NCBI GenBank assembly: GCA_963737655.1
Contig: CAVTTN010000002.1
Location: forward strand, 96,001-160,000
DNA: 64,000 nucleotides
Reading direction: 5' to 3'
Origin: an uncultured Planctomycetota bacterium
GTDB taxonomy: Bacteria; Planctomycetota; Planctomycetia; Isosphaerales; Isosphaeraceae
Made by a program: the position numbers and the translations under genes
Shown: positions 1 through 9,472 of the stretch, piece by piece
How positions within the stretch are numbered: the first letter of the stretch is position 1
Layout of the letters: every line of letters starts with the position of its first letter
Notes under the pieces: model-generated
Seen by the model: the letters and a program-made list of their open reading frames with translations, nothing else
What the model was told of the DNA's origin: nothing
Databases searched by the model: none

Positions 1-50
1 GCGGACGACGGAAGGGCGGGTGGCCGGGGTCTCCGTTCCGTCGCGAGCGA

Positions 51-1829
51 TCATTCGCCGAACGGGCGATCGGCCGGGGTGTCCAGGTCGAAGAGGAAGA
101 TGCTGTCCCCCACCCGCTCGACGACCTTGCGAGTCCTCAGCCAGCTCAGGTCGTTCTGGGAATAGAGGCCGTGGAGCCGGGACACGCTCGCGGCGAAATA
201 ACGCGTGTAGACCGGGATGAAACCGCCTTCGGAGTCGTACAACCGACGATTCGGAGGGGTCTCGGCGGGGACCTGGAACGCCTTGCTCGGGTTCGGGACG
301 GCGAAGACCCCGGGGACGTCCAGCCTCCTCTCCGTGCTGATGTCGGTCGTCACGTCGTGGATTCCCAGCCTCTGCAACGATCGGCCGAGGGCGTCGAAAT
401 CCTGTCCCCAATCGATGTTCGAGTCGGCCAGGTAAATCCAGCCCCGCGACGGCCCGCCGCCGATCTCGTTGAACGACGACAGATAGCGGGGATGGGCCGA
501 GATCGAGGCCCACATCAGCGCCGAGGCCGCCAGGACGGTGATCGGTCCCCAGACCCGGTCCCGGAGAGCCCGGCCCTCGAACAGCCTCGCCACGAACGGG
601 GCCGCCAGCGGATAGGTCAACAACGCGTAGCGGACGCCGATGTTGACCTTGTTGCGAACCAGCATCAGCCAGAGCAGCGCCAGGCCCGCCGCGGCGACCC
701 ACTCGAACGCGGAGAACTCCTTCGGCCGAGACCGGGCGACGGCCAGGACCATCAGCGCGAGCAGGCCAAGCGGCGTCTTGAGCAGGAACGCGATCGGGAA
801 GTACAGGGCCCAGCCGTTCTGGCGGACCTGCCCGCAGAGGAAGGCGTCGTGCCCCTGGTTCTGGTGCCGGACCTGCTTCAGGACGCTCATCGCCGAGGTC
901 GGGAACGGCCAGTCGGCCAGGGAGACCGGGCCGATCCGCTCCGGGAGTCGCCCTCCGGCGGCCTCGCCCAGGCGGACCGTCCCGAAGCCGTCACCCGCCC
1001 AGAGGACCAGGAACGCCACCGCCCCCATCGCCGCGACCGCGCCGAACGAACCGGCCAGCGATTCGACCGACCTGGAACGCCTCAAGGTCGTCCACACATG
1101 AACACCCGCCGCCAGGAGGATCAGCAGGAGGGCCGAATGCCTCATCGCCCAGGCCAGGCCCACGCCCAGGCCCACGGCCAGCCATCGGCCCCGGGACGGT
1201 CGCTCCGCGAACCGGGCCATCAGGATCATCGCGATCACGGCCGACGCGGTGAACGGGATGTCGCTGCCCGCGATCGCCGAATGCGCCAGGCATTCGGGCG
1301 ACAGCGAGACGACCGCCGCCGCCGCCAGGCCCGACCAGCCCCCGCGATCCCTCGCGACCCCCCAGAAGACCGCCAGGAGCAACACCACGCCCCAGCCGAT
1401 CGCCACGGCCCGGGCCGGCAGCAACACGCGGGGCATCCCCGACAGGACCAGGCGAGAGATCGCCGCCGGGTCGGACGAGGCGGGGAACATCCCGGCCGAC
1501 CGCAATGCCAGGGCCGTCGCCAGGCCGCCCAGGGCATGAGGCAACCTCGGGGCGCCCAGCTCCCACATCCCCAGGTCGTCGCCGGTGCGGATCAGGTGGA
1601 GGGTATGGACCAGGTGCGTGGTCTCGTCCGACGTGATCGAGTCGGTCCTCGCCACCTGCCACGTCCGGGCGACGAACAGGGCGATGATCCCGGTCAGGAC
1701 CAGCACGATCGACACCGCCCGAGGCCGCCGGGACGACGCCCGGCCCGGCTCGGTCTGGCAGATCGGTCGGGACGCGGGGGGAGGCGGGGCCAGGAGAGTC
1801 GCGGGGGTGCTCATCGAGGGGTCCTCCAT
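51..1829 (-). CDS. ArnT/PMT (GT-C fold, GT39/GT83-like) membrane glycosyltransferase
   Basis: 592-aa polytopic membrane ORF; 'TSDE' acidic motif after the first TM helix; 'YLADSNIDWGQD' motif typical of this family. Confidence 0.75.
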   Translation of the reverse strand: MEDPSMSTPATLLAPPPPASRPICQTEPGRASSRRPRAVSIVLVLTGIIALFVARTWQVARTDSITSDETTHLVHTLHLIRTGDDLGMWELGAPRLPHALGGLATALALRSAGMFPASSDPAAISRLVLSGMPRVLLPARAVAIGWGVVLLLAVFWGVARDRGGWSGLAAAAVVSLSPECLAHSAIAGSDIPFTASAVIAMILMARFAERPSRGRWLAVGLGVGLAWAMRHSALLLILLAAGVHVWTTLRRSRSVESLAGSFGAVAAMGAVAFLVLWAGDGFGTVRLGEAAGGRLPERIGPVSLADWPFPTSAMSVLKQVRHQNQGHDAFLCGQVRQNGWALYFPIAFLLKTPLGLLALMVLAVARSRPKEFSAFEWVAAAGLALLWLMLVRNKVNIGVRYALLTYPLAAPFVARLFEGRALRDRVWGPITVLAASALMWASISAHPRYLSSFNEIGGGPSRGWIYLADSNIDWGQDFDALGRSLQRLGIHDVTTDISTERRLDVPGVFAVPNPSKAFQVPAETPPNRRLYDSEGGFIPVYTRYFAASVSRLHGLYSQNDLSWLRTRKVVERVGDSIFLFDLDTPADRPFGE

Positions 1830-2475
1830 GACGAGCCGAGGCGCCCGGATCGATCCGAGCGCGGCATCGCCTCCGCGACGCCCGGCCAGCCGGGATCATA
1901 CCGGCCCCGCCCCCCGTCCGCAAGGTCCGACGACCCCGACGCCGTCGCGAGACCTACTGGAAGCGTGGGCAAACTGCGTCAACCTTGACGTTGCAAGGCG
2001 ACGAATGCTCAGGTCCAGAAATTCGCAGATCCTGGTCGCGTCAAATCTCTGCAAGTTTCAATCTGGGAGAAGTTGACCACACTTTGCGTCGCAAAGTCGC
2101 GAAAAGGGCGGAAATCGTAGGGGATTCGCGTGCGCAGCGAGGTGTGCGCAGGCAAGAATCCTCACGTCCGAATTCTCGGATTTCAGAAACCCAAAGCCCA
2201 TGCCCACAAGAAGATGTGCCAAGTGGTTTTTTCGAGCGATCGGGCCGAAAAACGCCGAAATGCGCGGTCGCGCCGAGGGGCCGCAACTCATCCATAGAGT
2301 TGGCAATCTTTCGTAGCTTTAAATCATGAATCGAATTTCGGGAACGGCGAGGCCGGCGGATTCGGTGATCGCCGGGGTCCTCGCCCGCGATGATCCTGGA
2401 ATCATGAATGTGCGGCGGCGTGGGCCGTCCTCGGCCCCGGGATCGGCGGCCCGAGACCGGGGCAGGGTGCGTCGC

Positions 2476-3693
2476 CAGGGCCGATCAGTGTTTCAAGATG
2501 CACAAGCTCGCGAGCAGGTCTCGGACGCGGGCGGCGTTCCGCCGCAGGCCGGCGGCGATGTTCGTCACCCCGTCGAGCCGCAGCTTACTGACGGCCAGGT
2601 TCCGCAGCGCCGCCAGCGCCTGCGGCCCCGACCCGCTCCGGGTCCGGTTGGCGTCCTCCCCCATCGTCACGTCCCGGACGTAGTGCAGCCGGTTCTCGAT
2701 CCCCCAGTGGCCCCGCACCCACCCCAGGAGCGCCGCCGCCTCGGCGCTGACGCGCGGCACGCTGGTGATCAGGTACTGGACCTCCACGGTCACCCCACCC
2801 CCGGCCGCGACCGTCCGCTCCAGGAGCCCGACCTGCGCCACCCCCGGCCAGTCCAGGTAGCCGTTGAGCGCCGTGGTCGTCCGCAGCACCCGCCGCTCGA
2901 CCCGCCCGCCGTGCTTGTCCAGGGCCGTCGCCACGTCGGCCTGCTCGGCCGCCTTCCGCCGGCCGTAGGGGGGAAAAGGCCGGCCCGAAGGCGGCCGCGA
3001 TGTCCGCCTTCAGGGTCGGCTGGTTGTCGTCGACCTTGACCAGGTAGTGGCCGCCGGCGTCGACCACCTGGCGGCACAGATCGCGCTGGCAGAACGCCGC
3101 GTCGCCGGTGATCACGCGGCCCTCCAGCACCATCCCCTCCAGGAGCCGCAGCGCCGCCTTGTGCTCGTTGGTCTCGGCCGGGACGCGGGCCTGGGCCAGC
3201 ACGCACCCGGTCTGCTGGTCCAGGGCCGCCAGCAGGTGGACCGCGGGGGCGGCGGCCGTGCCGCTGCCGCGGGAGGACTTGCCGTCGAGCGCCACGGCCC
3301 GCAGGCCCGGGCCGGCCCGCGGCCCCAGCAGGTGCTCGGCCCAGCGGGCCACGGCGGCCTCCAGGGCGTCGGCCGGGAGGCGGGCGAAGAGGGCCTGGAA
3401 GGCGCCGAAGGAGGCGGGCCGGCGGCGGTAGCCGAGGCGGTGCATGAGCTCGATCGGCTGGTCCCGGCCCCACTGGGCGATGGCGGCATAGCCGCGGCAC
3501 CCGCAGAGGATGGCGCAGCAGGCGTGGGCCAGCATCGCGACCATCGGATGCCTCCGGCCGTGCCGGGACCGCGGGTCGGGGACCTCGGCGAGGAATGCGA
3601 GCAGGCTGCCGGGGGGTGCGTAGGTCATCGGTGTCATACACTCCCAGAGAGGAACCGGGAGTCTACTACAGATTAAATAACCGATCGACCCTG
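2476..3693 (-). mobile_element. ISAs1-family insertion sequence (1218 bp)
   Basis: Terminal IRs CAGGGCCGATCAGT (from 2476) and revcomp CAGGGTCGATCGGT (ending 3693), 12/14 identical; perfect 10-bp flanking direct repeat GGTGCGTCGC at 2466-2475 and 3694-3703; encodes an ISAs1 transposase. Confidence 0.95.
2485..3637 (-). CDS. ISAs1-family DDE transposase, split by a +1 frame change at TTTTCCCCCC (~2968-2977)
   Basis: N-part has DPR..G.RH, ALDGK, TNE, ITGDAAFCQ; C-part (2485-2934) has HGGRVERR, RGHWGIENRLHYVRDVTMGED; the frames join by skipping one base after ..AFSP. Confidence 0.9.
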
Positions 3694-3792
3694 GGTGCGT
3701 CGCTCCCTTGAAGCCGGGGGCGTCCTCGATTAGGCTCCACTCGGGGAGATCACGATTCGTCTAGGTGCGGACTCGGTCCGAAGGGGGCCTCG

Positions 3793-5190
3793 ATGTTGAC
3801 CCTGCTCGGGGGCGGGGCGAAGCTCTGCGACGGACTGAGCCGCCGAGAAGCCATGAGGATCGGCGGGATGGGCGCCCTGGGCTTCGGCCTCGGCCTGTCC
3901 GACCTGTCCCGGACGACGGCCCGGGCCGATCCGGGCGACTCTTCGTTCGGCCGCGCCAAGTCCTGTATCGTTTTGTTCCTGATGGGCGGCCCCCCGCAGC
4001 ATTCGACCTGGGACCCGAAGCCCGACTCGCCGGCCGAGGTCCGCGGCGCGTTCGGGCCGATCGCCACGACGGCCCCCGGCGTGTCCATCTCCGAGCTACT
4101 GCCGAAGACGGCGCGCCACGGCGACAAGCTCTGCCTGGTCCGGGCCATGTCCACGGGGGACAATGCGCATTCGTCCAGCGGTTATTACATGTTGACGGGC
4201 CGACCCCATCAGCCCATGAACGTGGAGAACGCCAACCCCGGGGCGCCGAACGATTCGCCAAGCCTCGGGGCGCTGCTCGGCCGGGTCGCCCCGGGACGGG
4301 ACGGGCTGCCTCCGGCCGTGACGCTCCCTCATCGCATCTTCAACACCGACGGGAGTATCTGGCCGGGCCAGGATGCCGGCCTCCTGGGTCGGGGGGCCGA
4401 CCCGTGGCTCCTGAACGCCAAGGTCGGGCCCGAGGGCTACCGGGTCCAGGAGATCGCCTTGCCGGCCGACCTGGACGAAGGGCGGCTCGCCGGCCGCCGC
4501 TCGCTGCTCGATCGCGTGAGGGCCGAGCTCGATTCCGACGCCTCGGCGGCCGTCTTCGAGCGCCGGAGCCGGGAGGCGTTCGACCTTTTGCTGTCTCCCA
4601 AGGCGCGCCGGGCCTTCCGGCTGGACGACGAGCCGGCCGCCAACCGCGAGCGATACGGCCCCGGGCCGTTCGGCCAGAGCGTGTTGATGGCCCGGAGGAT
4701 GGTGGAGGCCGGCGTCCGTTTGATCCAGGTCAACTGGTATCGCGGCCCCAACGAACCGACCGAGAACCCGTGCTGGGACAGTCACCGAGACGAAACCAAT
4801 CGACTCAAAACGACCCTCGTCCCGCCGTTCGACCAGGCATTCTCGGCGCTTTTGGAAGACCTGGAGGCGCGGGGTCTCCTGGACGAAACGCTCGTCGCGT
4901 GCATCTCCGAATTCGGCCGAAGTCCCAGGCTGGACGGCAATAACGGCCGGAACCACTGGGGCGGCGTCTTCTCGATCGCCCTGGCCGGAGGGGGGATTCG
5001 CGGAGGCCAGGCCTTCGGGGCGTCCGACAAGATCGGAGGATCGCCCAAGGAGGGTCGGGTCCGGCCCGAGGACCTCTCAGCCACCCTCTTCCACCTCCTC
5101 GGCCACGCCCCGAACGAGGAATATCGCGACCCGCTGGGCCGCCCTTTGCCGATCAGCCGGGGCGAGGTCGTCCGGCCGATCCTGCTGTAA
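3793..5190 (+). CDS. DUF1501 domain-containing protein
   Basis: SRREAM Tat-like N-terminus, 'AKSCIVLFLMGGP', 'WDPKP', 'WDSH', 'EFGRSP', 'GRNHW' motifs. Confidence 0.9.
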   Translation: MLTLLGGGAKLCDGLSRREAMRIGGMGALGFGLGLSDLSRTTARADPGDSSFGRAKSCIVLFLMGGPPQHSTWDPKPDSPAEVRGAFGPIATTAPGVSISELLPKTARHGDKLCLVRAMSTGDNAHSSSGYYMLTGRPHQPMNVENANPGAPNDSPSLGALLGRVAPGRDGLPPAVTLPHRIFNTDGSIWPGQDAGLLGRGADPWLLNAKVGPEGYRVQEIALPADLDEGRLAGRRSLLDRVRAELDSDASAAVFERRSREAFDLLLSPKARRAFRLDDEPAANRERYGPGPFGQSVLMARRMVEAGVRLIQVNWYRGPNEPTENPCWDSHRDETNRLKTTLVPPFDQAFSALLEDLEARGLLDETLVACISEFGRSPRLDGNNGRNHWGGVFSIALAGGGIRGGQAFGASDKIGGSPKEGRVRPEDLSATLFHLLGHAPNEEYRDPLGRPLPISRGEVVRPILL

Positions 5191-5222
5191 TCGGCGTCAT
5201 GCGGTCGAAGTCAAAACCAGGC

Positions 5223-5305
5223 CCTTCGGCGAAACGCAGATTACGCAGATTAAATGCTTAAGATCTGATTACATTTAATCTGCGTAATCTGCGTTTCGCC
5301 GAAGG
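5223..5305. repeat. Perfect 34-bp inverted repeat (15-nt loop) with internal ACGCAGATT tandem 9-mers; MITE/REP-like palindrome
   Basis: CCTTCGGCGAAACGCAGATTACGCAGATTAAATG (5223-5256) is the exact reverse complement of 5272-5305. Confidence 0.9.
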
Positions 5306-5469
5306 CCCTTAACTTTTCCTCGACCGCGTCAAGCCGATGTCTGTCCGTCTCGCAAGACGGGCGATCCCCGTCGGGTTTGTCGTCGCAATTCTTGTCCTGC
5401 GGCGGCGAATGGCCTGTAAGGAGCGATCAGGGCCAGGGAATTCTCCGATCTTGATCAGAGGGGGCAATC

Positions 5470-7488
5470 ATGAGAACGCCGAAGTTCTGGCTAACCTTGG
5501 GTTTCGTGCTGGTGCCTTCGCTCGGAACACTCGGCGCGGCCCCTCCAGACTCGTCGGACGATCGCCCCGCGTTCGAGAAGGCCAGGGCCGCCGCCGGGCG
5601 GGATGCCGGGGCCCTGATGAAGCTGGTCTTCTGGGCCGAGTCTCGGGGTTGGATGGCCGATCGGGCCGCTCTCCTGAAGGACGTGATCGCCGCCGACCCG
5701 ACCCGGCCCTCCGCTCGGGGCCTCCTCGGCCAGTTGGCCGACGGCTCGACCTGGCGGACCCCCGAGGAGGTGGCCCAGAGGGCCCGCAACGATTCCGAGC
5801 TCTCGGCGAAGCTGGCCGAGTATAACGCGCGTCGGGAGACGCTCTTCCAAATCGCCCAGAGGGAGAAGAACCAGGTCCGGACCCTGGAAAGCCAGGGCAA
5901 AGATCGAGAGGCAAAGACGTTTCAAGCTCGGATCGACCACCGGCTCGCCCCGGCCCACGTCGACCTCGGCCTCTGGTGCGAGAAGAACGGCCTGAAGGCG
6001 GAAGCGACCGCCCATTTTACCACGGCCGTGGGGCTGGACCCGTATCGCGACACCACCTGGAAGCACCTGGGGTACGTCCGGCACGGCGGCCGGTGGATGT
6101 CTCACGAGCAGATCCAGGCCCAGGAGAAGGAAGACGCCGCCCAGAGGCTCGCCGATCGCCACTGGGAGCCCCTCCTCAAGCGATGGAAAGCCTGGCTGGG
6201 CGAGAAGATCCATCGCGACGAGGCCGTCGCCCATCTCGCCGGGATCGACGACCCGAGGGCCGTCCCGGCGATCGATCGCGTCTTCGTCACGAACGATCGG
6301 AACGACCAGGAACGGGCCGTCAAGCTCCTGGGCCAGATCCGGTCCCCCGGGTCGTCGCAGGAGCTGGCGTTCCTCGCCGTGAGGAGCGATTTCGAGCCGG
6401 TCCGGTCGATGGCCATCGAGGCCCTGGAGGGGCGGGAGCCCCGCGACTACGCCGAGAACCTCGTGAAGATGATCCACGGGCCCTGGACCTACGAGGCGAT
6501 GGCGGTGAACGGCCCCGGCTCCAACGGGTCGCTCGTCGTCGATTCGGCCAAGTTCCACGTCGTTCGGACCTACGACGCCCCGGCCCCGTTCAAGCTCGGC
6601 TCCAGCTTCCGGGGCTACGTCGGTATCGACCCAAACGGCTTGCCCATCGTGATTAACGGCCGGGACCTGGACAAGTATTACAGCAAGCCCAAGGAGGCCG
6701 CCTCGATCCTCGCCCAGGACGAGAGGCAGACGGCCGAGATGCTCACGACCGCCCAGATCAAGGCCCAGACCGCCCAGCAACGGCTCCTGGCCGACATCCA
6801 GGACATCGAGACCAACAACGCCATCCTCGAAATCCTCAACCCGAGGATCGCGGCGGTCTTGAAAGGAACGCTCGACGCCCCGGACCTCGGCGACGACGAG
6901 GACGCCTGGCAGTCCTGGTGGTACGAACGGATCGGCTACCGCTTCACGCCGACGCCCAAGGCCATGCTCGCCCAGAATGCCGTCCCGCAGTATCCGGCGC
7001 CCCTGATCGTCAGTTGCTTCGCCGCCGGGACGCCCGTGAAGACCCGCGAGGGCCGGAAGCCGATCGAGGAGATTCGGGTCGGAGACCAGGTTCTCAGCCA
7101 GGACGCCGCCACCGGGGGCCTCGCCTTCCAGTCGGTCCTGGCCATCCACCACAACCCGCCGGACCAGACGCTGCGGATCACCCTGGACGAAGGCGACCCG
7201 ATCGTGGCCAGTCGCTTCCATCGCTTCTGGCTCGTCGGCCGGGGGTGGAAGATGGCCCGCGATCTCCAAACCGGCGACGTGGTCAGGACTTTGGGCGGCC
7301 CCTTGAAGGTCAAGACGATCGAACCCGGCCCGGTCGTCCCGGTGTTCAACCTGGACGTGGCCCGATCCCGAACCTATTTTGTGGGGGACCGGGACAGCCT
7401 GGTCCACGATAATACCCTGCCCGACCCCCACGCCCCGATCTTCGACGCCGGGCCGGTCCTGGCGGGATCGGCGACGAGGACGAAGTAA
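5470..7488 (+). CDS. Secreted TPR/HEAT-like protein with C-terminal polymorphic-toxin-type Hint domain
   Basis: Signal-peptide-like N-terminus; Hint start S-CFAAGTPV (Cys codon 7015), IEEIRVGDQV, HRFW, VFNLDV..TYFVG..LVHDN end. Confidence 0.85.
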   Translation: MRTPKFWLTLGFVLVPSLGTLGAAPPDSSDDRPAFEKARAAAGRDAGALMKLVFWAESRGWMADRAALLKDVIAADPTRPSARGLLGQLADGSTWRTPEEVAQRARNDSELSAKLAEYNARRETLFQIAQREKNQVRTLESQGKDREAKTFQARIDHRLAPAHVDLGLWCEKNGLKAEATAHFTTAVGLDPYRDTTWKHLGYVRHGGRWMSHEQIQAQEKEDAAQRLADRHWEPLLKRWKAWLGEKIHRDEAVAHLAGIDDPRAVPAIDRVFVTNDRNDQERAVKLLGQIRSPGSSQELAFLAVRSDFEPVRSMAIEALEGREPRDYAENLVKMIHGPWTYEAMAVNGPGSNGSLVVDSAKFHVVRTYDAPAPFKLGSSFRGYVGIDPNGLPIVINGRDLDKYYSKPKEAASILAQDERQTAEMLTTAQIKAQTAQQRLLADIQDIETNNAILEILNPRIAAVLKGTLDAPDLGDDEDAWQSWWYERIGYRFTPTPKAMLAQNAVPQYPAPLIVSCFAAGTPVKTREGRKPIEEIRVGDQVLSQDAATGGLAFQSVLAIHHNPPDQTLRITLDEGDPIVASRFHRFWLVGRGWKMARDLQTGDVVRTLGGPLKVKTIEPGPVVPVFNLDVARSRTYFVGDRDSLVHDNTLPDPHAPIFDAGPVLAGSATRTK

Positions 7489-7522
7489 GCCGGGGACCGC
7501 AACCTTCGAGGCCGAGAGCCCG

Positions 7523-8473
7523 GTGAACGATCCGACCGAACCCCCGGCCCTCGACCTCTCGGTTCGGCTCGGGCGGCTCTCCCTGAAGAACCCGGTCCTC
7601 GTGGCGTCGGGGACGTTCGGTTACGTCCGCGAAATGAGCGGCTTCGTCCGGCTCGACCGGCTCGGCGGGGTAATCCCGAAGACCGTCACGGCGAAGCCCC
7701 GGGCGGGCAATCCCACGCCTCGGACGGTTGAGACCCCCTCGGGCCTCCTGAACGCGATCGGCCTCGATAACGACGGCCTCGACCACTTCCGGGAGCATCA
7801 CCTGCCGTATTTGAGGACGGTCGGGACGGCCGTGATCGTCAATATCGCGGGCGAGGACGAGGATCAATTCGTCGAAATGGCCGAAACCCTCGCCGGTGAG
7901 CCGGGGATCGCGGCCATCGAGCTGAACGTATCGTGCCCGAACGTCAGCCACGGCCTGGATTTGGGGATCGACCCCCGGGCCGTCGGCCGGCTGGTCGCGA
8001 GGGTCCGGGCGGCCTGCCCGCAACCGATCCTGGCGAAATTGACCCCCAACGTAACGGACATCGTCGCCATCGCCGCCGCCGCCGCCGAGGGCGGGGCCGA
8101 CGCCGTCAGCCTGATCAACACGTTTCGCGGCCTGGTGATCGACTGGAAGCGCCGACGGCCCGTCCTGGCCAACGACGTGGGCGGCCTCAGCGGGCCGGCG
8201 ATCAAGCCCCTGGCCCTGCGGATGGTCTGGGACGTATCGCGGGCCTTACCCAGCTTGCCCATCCTGGGGATTGGCGGGATCGGCTCGGCGGAGGACGCCA
8301 CCGAATTCCTCCTGGCCGGCGCCTCGGCCATCCAGGTCGGAACGGCCACGTTCGCCGACCCGTCGGCCGCCGATCGGCTGGTGGACGAGCTCCCGAAATG
8401 CCTCCAAACCCTGGGCGCCCAATCGGTTGCGGAAATCGTGGGAACGCTCCGCTCCAACCGTCCGGGACGATAA
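7523..8473 (+). CDS. pyrD: Dihydroorotate dehydrogenase (family 1)
   Basis: LKNPVLVASGTFGY, GNPTPR, LNAIGLDN, ELNVSCPNV, AKLTPN, GGLSGPAIKP; GTG start at 7523 inferred. Confidence 0.92.
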   Translation: MNDPTEPPALDLSVRLGRLSLKNPVLVASGTFGYVREMSGFVRLDRLGGVIPKTVTAKPRAGNPTPRTVETPSGLLNAIGLDNDGLDHFREHHLPYLRTVGTAVIVNIAGEDEDQFVEMAETLAGEPGIAAIELNVSCPNVSHGLDLGIDPRAVGRLVARVRAACPQPILAKLTPNVTDIVAIAAAAAEGGADAVSLINTFRGLVIDWKRRRPVLANDVGGLSGPAIKPLALRMVWDVSRALPSLPILGIGGIGSAEDATEFLLAGASAIQVGTATFADPSAADRLVDELPKCLQTLGAQSVAEIVGTLRSNRPGR

Positions 8474-8557
8474 GTCCGCCTCCCACGAATCATGCTCGGG
8501 GAGACCGGGGCCCTGCGATCACCGACTTCGATCGGGTCGCAAACGGATTGCATTATC

Positions 8558-8617
8558 GTAGGGCAGGCCTTGGCCTGCCGAGATTCGCCGATCTCGGCAG
8601 GCCAAGGCCTGCCCTAC
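8558..8617. repeat. GTAG-type REP doublet (REPIN-like)
   Basis: Perfect 27-bp arms GTAGGGCAGGCCTTGGCCTGCCGAGAT / ATCTCGGCAGGCCAAGGCCTGCCCTAC with a 6-nt loop; each arm is itself palindromic; lies between convergent genes. Confidence 0.9.
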
Positions 8618-8657
8618 AACGACCGATGTGAATCTCGGCCGTTGATGGATCTCTCGC

Positions 8658-9353
8658 TCAGGATGGGACTTCGGAAGAATGGACATCGGACTTTCGGCGG
8701 ATTCGATGGAGAGTCCCGCGGACGTCGGCCCCCTCCGCCGTCCGAGAACGAATCGGCTCGGACTGGGCGTCCAGCCCTCGGGAAGCGAGGCAGGCGCCGA
8801 GGTCTTCGGTCGCGACCCGATACGGCCCGGCGACCAGCGCCACTCCCCCGGGTTCCAGCATGGCGGCAATCACGTCGGCGACGAGCGGGACGAGCCTCTT
8901 CTCGTAGAGAACGTCCGCGCCGAGGATCACCGGGTAGCGCCGGGCCTCGGGCCGCCTCCAGTCGAGGATTCGGGTCGAGAATCGTTCCGGGGGGAATCCG
9001 CTGGCCTGGACGCTCCGGCTCACGAAGCGGAGGGGGGCGTCGTCATAGTCGGTGAAATCGACCGTCATCCCCCGGGCCAGCCCGACCAGGCCCGCCAAAC
9101 CCAGTCCGCAACCCATTTCCAGGGCGGTTTTTCCGTTCAGCCCAGGCTCTCGGGCGACGGCCTCGGCCAGCAGGAAGGCCCCGGGCCAGAGATAGGCCCA
9201 GTAGGGCATGTAGTCGTCGGCCCGATTCCATGATCGCACGCCCTCATCGTCGAGGAGGCGGTCGGGGTCCGTAGGACGGACGACCTTCACCGTCGCCTCG
9301 CCGAACTGGAGGGTCGTCGTGGTCTCCGGCCCGTCATACTCCGTCTGGATCAC
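8658..9353 (-). CDS. Class I SAM-dependent methyltransferase (Methyltransf_16-like)
   Basis: MPYWAYLWP, LEMGCGLGLAG (SAM-binding), TDYD, GADVLYE. Confidence 0.85.
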   Translation of the reverse strand: MIQTEYDGPETTTTLQFGEATVKVVRPTDPDRLLDDEGVRSWNRADDYMPYWAYLWPGAFLLAEAVAREPGLNGKTALEMGCGLGLAGLVGLARGMTVDFTDYDDAPLRFVSRSVQASGFPPERFSTRILDWRRPEARRYPVILGADVLYEKRLVPLVADVIAAMLEPGGVALVAGPYRVATEDLGACLASRGLDAQSEPIRSRTAEGADVRGTLHRIRRKSDVHSSEVPS

Positions 9354-9399
9354 GATCGGTGGCCTTTCGCGCCGGTCCTCGGGATTTTTCCGGATCCCG

Positions 9400-9428
9400 T
9401 TGATTCATCACCGCACTCTCTTTATAAT
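9400..9428 (+). promoter_or_regulatory. Sigma70-type promoter of the feo operon
   Basis: TTGATT (9400-9405), 17-bp spacer, TATAAT (9423-9428), about 45 bp upstream of feoA. Confidence 0.75.
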
Positions 9429-9438
9429 CCGGGTGGCG

Positions 9439-9455
9439 TTGATACTGAATCTCAA
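9439..9455 (+). promoter_or_regulatory. Putative Fur-type operator
   Basis: TGATACT-G-AATCTCA matches 11/14 of the 7-1-7 Fur box TGATAAT-n-ATTATCA, just downstream of the -10 of an iron-uptake operon. Confidence 0.6.
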
Positions 9456-9472
9456 TTGCAGAGACCACCCCC

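Noticed and set aside
5470..7488. Polymorphic toxin/immunity locus
   Set aside because: No toxin domain after the Hint and no immunity-like ORF downstream.
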